Source of the DNA: Octopus bimaculoides
Taxonomy: Eukaryota
Assembly: GCF_001194135.2 (NCBI RefSeq)
Contig: NC_068992.1
Coordinates: 12,469,427 to 12,523,076, forward strand
Length of the DNA stretch: 53,650 bases
Direction of reading: 5' to 3'
Shown: positions 39,418-50,741 of the stretch, in pieces
Position numbering within the stretch: the first letter of the stretch is position 1
Layout of the letters: each line of letters begins with the position of its first letter
Translations under genes and position numbers: made by a program
The notes under the pieces: generated by a model
Told to the model about the DNA's origin: nothing
Databases searched by the model: none
What the model saw: the letters and a program-made list of their open reading frames with translations, nothing else

Positions 39418-39950
39418 CAGGGTGCGGTGAATAAATTGTCCTACACATTACACAAAAATGAAAATAACACTGACATCTCATTTTAATTGCTATATCTATC
39501 AAAATTACATACAAATATCTTGAAATGCTAAACAGTAAATTTATTCAATAAAATCCCCATTGGTTCCAACCACAGCCTCGAAACGACTTCGGAATCTCCT
39601 GCACCTCCTCTGAACGGTCTTCTTGTTAATGTTGGTGAATTAAGCCATAAACCTTGCATTCAGTTCATCTTTGGTGTTACAAAGAGATTTGTTAACCTCT
39701 CGCTCAACTGTGCACCAGACATAATAGTCAAGGCACTTGATGTAGACCAACGTGTTGAGTCTCTGGCCGTGTGGGAAGTTGAATGGAGGCATATCGTCAC
39801 CATCACTAGTGATCACTCCAAACACCGTGATATTGACTGTTTGTTTGATTTCTGTCACTCTCAGTACATATTTTGGGGACACAGCAAGTCAACAGTTGTG
39901 CTGTGTTCACCATCTGTTCCTAATAGAAATTTTTGACGCCTGAGAAAAAA
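39418..39950 (-). mobile_element. Tc1/mariner (DD37D/maT-like) transposase remnant with right terminus
   Basis: FFSGVKNF, VFGVITSDGDDMPPFNFPHG.RLNT..YIKCL, DYYVW..VERE.NK..CNTKDEL, CRRFRSRFEAVV..NGDFIE*. TA|CAGGGTG end at 39416-39424. Confidence 0.9.
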
Positions 39951-42102
39951 CAAAGCATATTCGGTCAGAGGGGATGCTTGAGTTTGTTCAAACATTATCA
40001 AACTTTCCCTGTTTTAACCCTTGGTTTTCCCTTCATCCTTGATTTTCTATCTACCGGTCTCCCTTGCCAGGTTCAGGTCGAATATATTCAGGTTCTGCTG
40101 TGAAAATAGTCAGCAGGTTCCTTTTACTGATCCCTGTCACACGTCTCAATAAAGGGACGTTTTAAGTAGCACACACCACGATTATTTCCACAATTTCAAG
40201 TAGCCGATTCTAAACGAGTAAGAGAGAAAGGGAGAGAGAGAAAGAATAAGAGAAAAATGGTCCTGATCGATAGTTTATTGATCGCCTGATGAAGGCTTAA
40301 AAGCAAGCTTAACCATGATGGAATTCAAAGTCAGAGAGCATAGAATCGAAACAAACTCCACATGGTATAGTAACTGACTCTCAACAAACTCTTCTAATTC
40401 GCTGCCTATATTTATTCAATTAGAAGATAAAAATTACAACTTCGATATTACAAGTCAGAAAATTTTATACAGTATTATTAAGTATTATTTTTATATCATG
40501 TAATCATTTTCTATTATCTATTACTTTATTTTATACATTTGTGTATTTTATATCATGTAATTATCTGTTATTATCTACGATCTTCATATTATACAAATAT
40601 ATATTATTATCTGTAAGTTTATATTCTATAATTATATTGTCTATGGTGAATTATGAAATAAAGTATTACTTGTTTTATATTATATAATCATGAATGTATA
40701 CATTTATAATTTAATTATTTCATTTTATGGCAAGAACCTTAAAAATATAGTTTATTTTAGTCTCAACATCATATATTTCCACTCATTTGACTTTCATTTT
40801 GCAACAGTTTGATTCTTATGTAAACAAATGGAAAACTGTATCAGTGCTTGTCTTTAAATTAATATTGGAATTTATTTGAATATATAGTATATAATAATGT
40901 TTCAAATGTTTGTGGAGCGTATAGACGATTAGGATCAATCTCAGATTTTACTCGTTTATATTTATTCGACGCCCGGGGAAATGGTGGTTAAGGTTATCTC
41001 AGCAAACCTAGAAAAACCTGGATAATTATGTCAGCCATTTTGTTTGACTATTTTTGTTTGACCACCAGAAATCATATTATGATATAGTACTGGGACTTGT
41101 ATTATTCAGACACACGTGAGGATAGTGGACGGATACAATCGTCAAAGTAAGGGACAAAGCACTCTGCTATATACAACATTACATACTTCTTTGTCATCAC
41201 ACTGATCTGCAACTATAATACTCTCCGGTGGAGCAACTGTTATTTGGATGCCTCAGCTGGTTTACATTTCAATTTCTGTTATCCTTATGTTTAAGTAGTT
41301 CCAATTTGGTTTGATTGAGTATTCTTCACCATAATGAGTGTATCAACATTTTTTTGTGCGCAAGTGCTTTAACATTCTCATATTGTCAGGTATGCCACTT
41401 AGACTAGTTTAATTCATTTTCTTCTTCCTTCATTGTATTGTAACGCTCATTTGGCTCTTGTACATAATTGAATCTAGACAGAACTTTTAATCGATTATTT
41501 GTAAAAGTACACCAGGATATTTGTGACATTAGATTTATTAGGTTAGATATTAGCTAATTATTACGTTGTAATGGATTCGTGATGCAGAGAAACGGAGCAT
41601 TTTCAATTAAGCGAAATATGTGAAGCGGCTTAATGAACCAAACATTTTAACGTTTTAAAACATACCATTTATAAAACTCTATGCATTTTCTTCTAGGTTT
41701 TCTTTAAACACTCTTTTCAATGTATGGCTGGGATAATACCTGTCTATCACTGCATTATCGGCAGAACTGCTCATCATACTATTGATTGGTTCGGGGATTC
41801 AGTTGATTACATCTGTTACACTGAAAGATTTGGCCGAGTGCCTAAATAAGTGTTCGATTTCGAGTCTGTCTAATGTGTTAGGACCCCTAGAAGCCGAAGT
41901 AACTACAGTAGTATGGTGTCTTAATATTGATTATGGATTTGTAGCTATGACTCACATCGCATTATAACCCCCAAGCCCCCTACAAACACACACATATGCA
42001 GATATACAAGCGCATTTGCTCGTTTGTATTAATGGGTATGGATCTACACTGGCATGGATTGAAAGTATCAGAAAAAGTATTGGATACTGTTTTACTGGAT
42101 TC

Positions 42103-42103
42103 A

Positions 42104-42171
<68 letters not shown>

Positions 42172-42260
42172 TTATATATCTCTCTGTCAGTCTGTCTGTC
42201 TATATATCTAGCTATCTATCTATATATATCTGTCTATCTGTTTATCTGTCTATTTCTGTC

Positions 42261-42301
<41 letters not shown>

Positions 42302-42402
42302 TTAAATTAGCTAACCAACTATGTAGATAGATAGATAGATAGATAGATAGATATATAGATAGATAGACAGATAGATATAGACAGACAGCCAGACAGACAG
42401 AC

Positions 42403-42451
<49 letters not shown>

Positions 42452-42454
42452 TAG
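42103..42454. repeat. Inverted microsatellite pair (CTAT)n / (GATA)n with ~22-bp spacer
   Basis: Direct reading. A CTGT block in the left arm is mirrored by an ACAG block in the right arm. Confidence 0.9.
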
Positions 42455-43077
42455 GCTGTCACATTAATTAAATATTCCCATTACATGCATAGGACAAATG
42501 AAGCGCATACGCACACCATGCACACTGAGATATACACAACACAGAATTCCACAGGCTACTTAACTGAACTGCGGTCGGTAGATAATCGATAGTTCTGTAC
42601 TTAGGGGTTTTATACTTGAGGAAATATCCATGACCACGCAAATAGGAGCTCATAATCACGTGGGGATTATTTCTATTGAACCGTTAGCTGATGAAACGCA
42701 CTAAATCGTAAGAAATAGAAACGCCTGCTATAAAAGACTGATTAGATTTCATCAACAATCTGTGGGACGGATGGTAGGGATACAGATATTGAATACACTT
42801 CCCCTGTGACAAAAAAAAGAAAAAGCGAAAAACAGAAACCGACTACAACAATAACTATAACATTTAGAGATGGAACAATAACAACAGCAAATAAAACAAG
42901 GAGTCATATCAAAACATCGGAAACCAGTTCAAAAGACTTTAAAAAACAACAACAACAATAAGAAGAAGAATAGAGCAATAAGGACAATGAAAGGAACATC
43001 CTAAAGTACATAAAGCGCCTGTAAGAACATTCGACTACCAGAAATCAGTATCATATATATGTGTGTGTGTATAATTA

Positions 43078-43154
<77 letters not shown>

Positions 43155-44053
43155 TATGTATGCATTTACATATATATATATATATATATATATATAGGCA
43201 CACACGTACACACACATACACAATAGTAATAACATCGACCGCAAAATATGTGATAAAAGTTTCCAAAATAAATGCAACATAAAAAGGAGAGTACAAACAA
43301 CAAAAACACCAGTATACACTCGAGAAACAACAACAAACATAACAACAAACGAAAAATCAAAAAGAAGGACAAAATCAACAATTGTAGAAGTTATAGACTA
43401 AAAAAAACATCAACAACACGTTCAAAACTAACAAAAAATACACCAAGTTGCCCCAAAAGATTTCAAACGCGACTTTCAACTCTAGGATTTAAAATTATAT
43501 CAAGAACAAACACTGTCAGAATACTTATAAAAGAAGCACATCAATAACGCCTACAATAAGCAAAAGTTTTATATTAATAGTAATAATAATGTTTTATTAG
43601 CCACGGGGACGTTGGAAAAAGAGACATTACAAAATCGATGACAGAATCGATGAGGTTGAACTAGGAGTAAATGAAAACAAAATAGAAAAGGACTGGAAGA
43701 AGACAAGTTCCAGAAGTCAAATAAGACACAGCACAGGAAACATTAGCATGACTATCATGAGCAGGTGATGTCCTCTAGTTTTTATCTCTAGCCGCACCGT
43801 GCATGCTGCTATTAAGACATCATCCTATCTCACTCCTTTCAGTAATTTATTTCTACAGAGGAATAACTTCTCGCCTTCATCTTTCATTAGAAGAGGAAGA
43901 TATCTACTTTCAGTTCATTCAGTTTTACCCGCCAAAAGCACTTTTCATCACAACTAAAAACTAATACAGTTCTATATTTAAGAGATGGGGGATTATATAC
44001 GTTATTTACGTTATTTACATTGGACGGATATTTGTCCTCATCTTGTTTGTTGC

Positions 44054-44101
44054 TAACACAACGTTTCGGCTGATATACCCTCCAGCCTTCTTCAGGTGTC
44101 A
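44054..44101 (-). ncRNA. Minimal type I hammerhead ribozyme (Penelope-type)
   Basis: tgacac-CTGAAGA-a-ggctg(gagggtatat)cagcc-GAAA-c-GTT-gtgtta. Complete core, 6-bp stem I with one G-U, 5-bp stem II, palindromic AACGTT helix III. Predicted cleavage between 44060 and 44059. Confidence 0.8.
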
Positions 44102-44155
44102 TGGGGAAATTTCGAACCTGGGTTCTCATTTCTAAGGTATCTTTTGATGTTGTTA

Positions 44156-44227
<72 letters not shown>

Positions 44228-44229
<2 letters not shown>

Positions 44230-44428
44230 TTATGTTTGACTTTTGTTTGGCATTTGTACAAGTTGGATCCAAGTCTCACCCAGAGACCTCAAGAGACAAC
44301 AAGTTAGAAGTTCATGTAGGTGTTATGCCTAGGGTACCATATATTTGGATTTGTACAGTTTTGTTCAAGTGAATGTTTAAGAAACCATAAGAAAATTATG
44401 TGTTTGCTTTAAAATTTGAGATCACATT
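44228..44428 (-). mobile_element. Probable R4/Dong-like LINE 3' UTR with (TAA)n tail, inserted in an (ATT)n tract
   Basis: About 200 bp of unique sequence flanked on both sides by (ATT)n. On the minus strand it starts ATGTGA (ORF end M*) and ends ...AAGTCAAACATAAAA(TAA)n. Family assignment is from recall. Confidence 0.5.
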
Positions 44429-44449
44429 GTTATTATTATTATTATTATA

Positions 44450-44506
<57 letters not shown>

Positions 44507-44556
44507 GTTGTTATTATTATCATTGCTATTGTTCAGGTCACTGCTTGGAATCGAAC

Positions 44557-45330
44557 CAGGAAGATATCCAAGTGCTGTTAGATCATATGAACTGAATAAA
44601 GCCATCCATACAGTTCCCAATGGAAAAGGAAAAATACAATCAACTGGCATTCCTGGACGTATTAATAACACGCACCAAGTATGGATTCAGGTCATCCGTA
44701 TACTGCAAGCCGACCTTCACTGGACGATAGCTCAACTTCAATTCCCACCATCCATACAGTGTAAAGAGAGGGATTGTTCAGTGCCTAAAACATTGTGCAA
44801 AGAATATAAGTAGCGATCGTGATACACACCACGAATAAATGATCGAGCTCAATAACGATTTGTTAAGCAAAAACTACTCCAAAAGTATACTATCCACTGC
44901 AATTATGAAGAAGGGAGAGGATGAGGCCAATACACTGTCAACAGTCTGTCTACCTTATGTGAAAGGCCTCTCCGAAAGATACAAAAGATATGCGGCCCAT
45001 ATGACATGAGGACAGTATTCAATAGTAATACAACACTTCACAAATATCTCCTTCGACTACACCACCAACAGAAGAGAATATGACCAAAAACTGCATGTAC
45101 TCCATCCCATGCAGCTGTGGTAGGTTATACAAAAGTAAAACATGCTGCCTCCTCAAAATAGAGATAGACGAACATCGCAAAGCTGTGACACGAGGAGATA
45201 TTGATAAATTGGGTATAACAGATCATGTATAGGAAAATGGAGGCCACTTCCCCTGTGGGATAAAGTTAAAATAATAGAGAGAGAACAACACTGGAAAATA
45301 GGAAACTAAAAGAAGCAGAAAATATGCTAA
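44557..45330 (+). mobile_element. Penelope-like element ORF remnant (RT C-terminus/thumb plus GIY-YIG)
   Basis: MEKEKYNQLAFLDVLITR...SVYCKPTFTGR*LNFNSHHP..VKRGIV, TVCLPYVKGLSE, NCMYSIPCSCGRLY.SKT...EHRK, DHV, W..VKII.REQHWK. Several stops and frameshifts. Confidence 0.9.
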
Positions 45331-46307
45331 ATTTGGTATGAGTAGATATGTCAATTATTAGCTATAGATCGGCTAAAATAATGAATTAGTCAAATCTTAG
45401 GTAACGTCTTAGATATGGCTGCTGTAATATAGCATTTGGATATTTAAACCCCCAAAATAATGTTTGCAAGTTTTTCTTATTCGATTCATCTGTTGAGGGT
45501 CAAACTCTTTATTTCAAGATAGTTTTGTAAAACTCTTTATAATGTTCCCTTATAATTTGGAATTTTTCTTTTTCTCTTAGCTTTCGTTGTAGTTATAAAA
45601 TTACCGACGCACTTTTCTCAGCTTAATTTTTGTTGTAAATTATGCGCTGCAAAATGATTTGACAAAAGTATTTTTGCTTTAATTTAATATATTTGTAATA
45701 TTTGAGAGGAAAATTGTTTCGATTTATTTTCCTTATATTCGAGGAATATAATTTAGAATATAATTTAGAATATCGAAACGTAAAAAGTTTTTTAATAGAT
45801 AAGACGTTTAGTATGTTGAAATCTAGAGACACACATTGTTCCTTTCTTCGATGATCTTATTGAATTTAACCGATGTGATTTTTTTCTTTTATGATTAATG
45901 AAATAAATAAAAATTCTCTTGAAAGTTTTGCTTGTGATTCTTCCAAGAGAAATATCGTGAATCCTGTGAGGGAGTTTCTGTTTCAACAGTAATATGATCT
46001 TTGTTTGGTTATGGTAATTACGTAAAAAAAAATCAGCTAAATGACTGGGTTCTTAAGCGTAAATTATCTAACAATTATTGATTTGCATATCCATATATCT
46101 ATTATTTCAACAGTTGTAGTTTACATATATGTAAAATCATTTAATTGCACTGAACTGACACATATGTTATCGAACATGTGTTTTTGTTGTTTACAATGCA
46201 TAAAATACCAATAGTGTTTTATTCTTTTATGTGATGATAATTGTTCAATGCTTATATAAATTTCATACGACAAATAATTTTATGGAGCGGTAACAACACG
46301 TATACAG

Positions 46308-46339
<32 letters not shown>

Positions 46340-47515
46340 GCTTCAAAGCACAAGGTTGTTTGTCTTTGTCAAAGCTTGATATACAAAGCATGTTACGCTA
46401 AACATGCGAACTGTGCAATAGAGCAGTGTAACGCCTAAGGTGACTCTATTTCATAGTCTAATGTTCTCTGAACACAAGTTCCTAGAACCTTCGGAAATTC
46501 AATTTCGCTTCTCTCTAAAGTTGCCAGTCGAAACAGATCTGTCGAAAAACATATACATAGGTGTACGTTGCTTTTATAGTTATATAATTATGTTCACGGA
46601 GTTGATGGAGATAGTATAATTATCCAGGGGTTCTAAACTGGAATTTTGATGTGTTTATAATCTAAACAACGACCTACTACATACATTATGCTTGCATAAT
46701 GTACTGGTTACGTAACAACGAACGAATCAGGATGTAAGTATATCAAGTTGTAGTCTCTATGTTGACATATTCTGCAGAGAAATTGCGATAAAGTAACTAA
46801 TGGATGTACTACAATTATCTCAAGCTACTAAAGAAAAAAGAAAAAAAGCTGGATGTAAACCGTGACCCGAGCGACGTCTTACAAAGGAAAGAGCGTAAAT
46901 AACTGGGAAGCGCATGATCCGTGTTAAGCAAGTTCAATGACAGATGAAAGGTGAAGTTGTGCAGTGTGAACAGTCGGTATTTCCAGCATCCGACAGAAAC
47001 AATGTCAGCAATTATAGCCTGAGGTTAAAATATATATGGAAGCAATCACCGAATGTACAAATCCCACGGTGCAGGTGTGTAATTGAATGTATGCATGCTG
47101 GTTATAATGTTGCTTAAGCCAAAAAGAAAATACGAAAAACTGGAGAGCCTTCAGCAAATGGAAAAAGTCATGCTAATACGGACAGAGAAAACCACAGTAA
47201 TGCAATAGTACAATGCGTGTTGTATGTACAAAATGAAAGGTGTGTAAACGATGGCAGAGAATAAGTCATCATGAAAACATGTATACACATAAGCTGAATG
47301 CCAGCTGTGAATCTGAAAGCGAAGTATGAGGAGACATGCAAAAAGTGAACTGTATATAGTAGAACAGATCAATGCTGTCAGGTTGCGTGGTCGACACGAA
47401 GAGTTCAGGGCAAAAACTACTGCTATCATGATGGAATGTACGCAGGAAAATGAGACTGAAACCTAACAAAGAAAAAGAGAAGTTTATTAAATCTTCGTGT
47501 TTATGCCTAAAGAAA

Positions 47516-48084
47516 TCTAATCTGTTTTTGTTCTTTTCAAAAACCGCGAAATTGGTAGGACAGCAGAAAGTATCTTCATCGCATATCCGTCTGCCTGGCT
47601 GTTATATTATATATACCAGATATTCGTCTCATCGTTGCCATAATGCAAAACAATAAAATCGAAATATTGTCAAACAAAGCAAAAATAAAATTAAAACTTA
47701 AAATATAAAAGACAACTGGCATGCAATGGAAACAGATGAAAGCAAAAGCTTTAGTTGTCCATTCCATTTACTGAGATTCATTGTTGCAAAATCTGGTGCT
47801 ATAATACTAAGGAGATGCAAAATACAATTATATGTAACGTCTATGAAAGTTCAAACACTTGGCGTTGAGACAGACATCGCTGCCTGTAACTCTGGAACCG
47901 ATATTTCTTTCGGTGGAAGGGATATTAAACGGATTGTTTTGTTTTTTTCTTTATGCATTATGGCACCGATGACACGAATATCTGGTATATGTAATCTAAC
48001 AACCACTCTGACAGATATGCGAGGAAAATATTTTCTGAAGTCCTACCAATTTCGAAGTTTTGAAAAAAACAAAAACAGATAAGA
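47516..48084. mobile_element. MITE/foldback-like element with ~130-bp terminal inverted repeats
   Basis: 47516-47647 is the reverse complement of 47954-48084 (14 mismatches in the inner 84 bp by hand). The ~306-bp spacer is non-coding. Confidence 0.8.
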
Positions 48085-49659
48085 TATACGAGTCATTTTA
48101 GTCATGACTAATCTGATATAGAATCCTTTGGATTTATCTTTTATGAAACGAAATTTTGCCCCATTTTTAAAATCATAATTGTTATCTATGTGACCGCATT
48201 TTATATTTTCAATTAATTCGCAAAAATCAAACTAATGCATAAGTATCAGTATATTTATAAGCAATATGTTTTAGTTTTAAACACATAAATATATGTTTAT
48301 TTCTCAATTGGTATCTTGGATAACATTGAATGTTTTTAGTAAAAGACGCTATGTAATCTCTATTCCTATGTATTCTTTAGACATATTAATTTATTAAATT
48401 TGTTGCGTTCAAAGTTCGAAGCTAATTGACTTCATTCTTTTTTTATTATTATTCTCTTAATAACAAAATTAACATCCATCAAAATTATTCAATGAATTGT
48501 AACATGAGTGCATATAACTGCTATAAAAATGAATTGATGAAATAATCCATATATGTCTATGTTTTTCTCCTAGAGTCTAAATCATCAAAAATTAATATTT
48601 TNNNNNNNNNNNNNNNNNNNNNNNNNNNNNNNNNNNNNNNNNNNNNNNNNNNNNNNNNNNNNNNNNNNNNNNNNNNNNNNNNNNNNNNNNNNNNNNNNNN
48701 NNNNNNNNNNNNNNNNNNNNNNNNNNNNNNNNNNNNNNNNNNNNNNNNNNNNNNNNNNNNNNNNNNNNNNNNNNNNNNNNNNNNNNNNNNNNNNNNNNNN
48801 NNNNNNNNNNNNNNNNNNNNNNNNNNNNNNNNNNNNNNNNNNNNNNNNNNNNNNNNNNNNNNNNNNNNNNNNNNNNNNNNNNNNNNNNNNNNNNNNNNNN
48901 NNNNNNNNNNNNNNNNNNNNNNNNNNNNNNNNNNNNNNNNNNNNNNNNNNNNNNNNNNNNNNNNNNNNNNNNNNNNNNNNNNNNNNNNNNNNNNNNNNNN
49001 NNNNNNNNNNNNNNNNNNNNNNNNNNNNNNNNNNNNNNNNNNNNNNNNNNNNNNNNNNNNNNNNNNNNNNNNNNNNNNNNNNNNNNNNNNNNNNNNNNNN
49101 NNNNNNNNNNNNNNNNNNNNNNNNNNNNNNNNNNNNNNNNNNNNNNNNNNNNNNNNNNNNNNNNNNNNNNNNNNNNNNNNNNNNNNNNNNNNNNNNNNNN
49201 NNNNNNNNNNNNNNNNNNNNNNNNNNNNNNNNNNNNNNNNNNNNNNNNNNNNNNNNNNNNNNNNNNNNNNNNNNNNNNNNNNNNNNNNNNNNNNNNNNNN
49301 NNNNNNNNNNNNNNNNNNNNNNNNNNNNNNNNNNNNNNNNNNNNNNNNNNNNNNNNNNNNNNNNNNNNNNNNNNNNNNNNNNNNNNNNNNNNNNNNNNNN
49401 NNNNNNNNNNNNNNNNNNNNNNNNNNNNNNNNNNNNNNNNNNNNNNNNNNNNNNNNNNNNNNNNNNNNNNNNNNNNNNNNNNNNNNNNNNNNNNNNNNNN
49501 NNNNNNNNNNNNNNTATATATATATATATATATATATTTACATATGTATGTATATATACATGTGTGTGTGCGTGTGTGTGTGTATATATACATATACAGA
49601 CACATATAATTGTTGATGTGGATCGTTTTTGTATTTGTCTCTTCGCTGAGATAGCTTAA

Positions 49660-49955
49660 CAAACGGTGTTGGTTTGTTTATTTTCCAGTAATTTTACTGT
49701 TCTGCAGCAGAGTTCGACAGAATAAGTAACACACTTTAAAATGTTAGTACGAAACCCTGCAAGGCAGTGCTCTAGCATAGCCATAGTCTAGTAATCGTAA
49801 CATGGAAAATCTTTACACCCTCGTATCCTAGCAGTTCCACAAAACTGATCGGCAGAATAACTAACAGACTTTTATTACAGGCACTGAAGTAAATTCAAAC
49901 CTACAAAGCGGTGCCCCAGCGTGGCCGCAGTATGACGACTGAAATAAGTGAAACA
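49660..49955 (-). mobile_element. Two tandem decayed SINE family C copies
   Basis: CGGTGTTGGTTTGTTTA...GAATAAGTA and GCGGTGCCCCAGCGTGGCCGCAGT...GACTGAAATAAG match the reverse complement of the 11141 copy. Confidence 0.65.
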
Positions 49956-50153
49956 TATAACAGATAAAGACTATGCAGGGAATAAAAACTTGATGATAGT
50001 GAGTGTAAATTCTGTAAATCTCAGGTTTATATGATGTTTCTCACTTTGGGATACACGACAAGATTTTCAAAAACACTCAAGTGAAACTTTACTCTGTTAT
50101 GATAAAATAACAACGCCAATAAAACAAAAAAAAAAAAACAAGAAATCTAAACC

Positions 50154-50355
50154 CGAAGAAAAAACATGGTGTGATAGTGACTCAACATGTCGTCAGCAAC
50201 ACATATAAACACGAAATTATCAAGCATCGTTCATTTTCCAATAATTAAAATATTGATCTCATGGTATTTAAATAGATTACCAATCTATTTAATCAGATCA
50301 GCATTAGGTGTGATGATGAAGATGAACGCAGCATTTCAAAACATTCGAATATGTA

Positions 50356-50400
<45 letters not shown>

Positions 50401-50658
50401 NNNNNNNNNNNNNNNNNNNNNNNNNNNNNNNNNNNNNNNNNNNNNNNNNNNNNNNNCGAAGAAAAAACATGGTGTGATAGTGACTCAACATGTCGTCAGC
50501 AACACATATAAACACGAAATTATCAAGCATCGTTCATTTTCCAATAATTAAAATATTGATCTCATGGTATTTAAATAGATTACCAATCTATTTAATCAGA
50601 TCAGCATTAGGTGTGATGATGAAGATGAACGCAGCATTTCAAAACATTCGAATATGTA

Positions 50659-50700
<42 letters not shown>
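50154..50700. other. ~245-bp exact duplication across the gap 50401-50456 (probable assembly overlap)
   Basis: 50154-50400 is identical to 50457-~50700; both copies run into the same (ATT)n. Confidence 0.85.

Positions 50701-50741
<41 letters not shown>

Larger units (their letters stand above)
43965..44557 (-). mobile_element. Composite non-autonomous element: Pol III B-box, (AAT)n, hammerhead-containing PLE-type tail
   Basis: Minus strand: GGTTCGATTCC (44547-44557), AAGCAGTGACCTGAAC, (AAT)n interrupted by an insert, a unique tail with a hammerhead, ending near ...CTCTTAAATATAGAACTGT. Confidence 0.65.

Noticed and set aside
40286-40360. CTGATGA...CGAAAC as a third hammerhead
   Set aside because: No convincing stem II closure and no NUH triplet or stem I after GAAAC.
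42688-42730. CTGATGA...GAAACG hammerhead-like spacing
   Set aside because: Stem II does not abut GAAA and there is no NUH cleavage site.
50154-50700. Recent tandem duplication of 245 bp
   Set aside because: Identical copies flank an N gap and end in the same microsatellite, so it is most likely an unmerged contig overlap.
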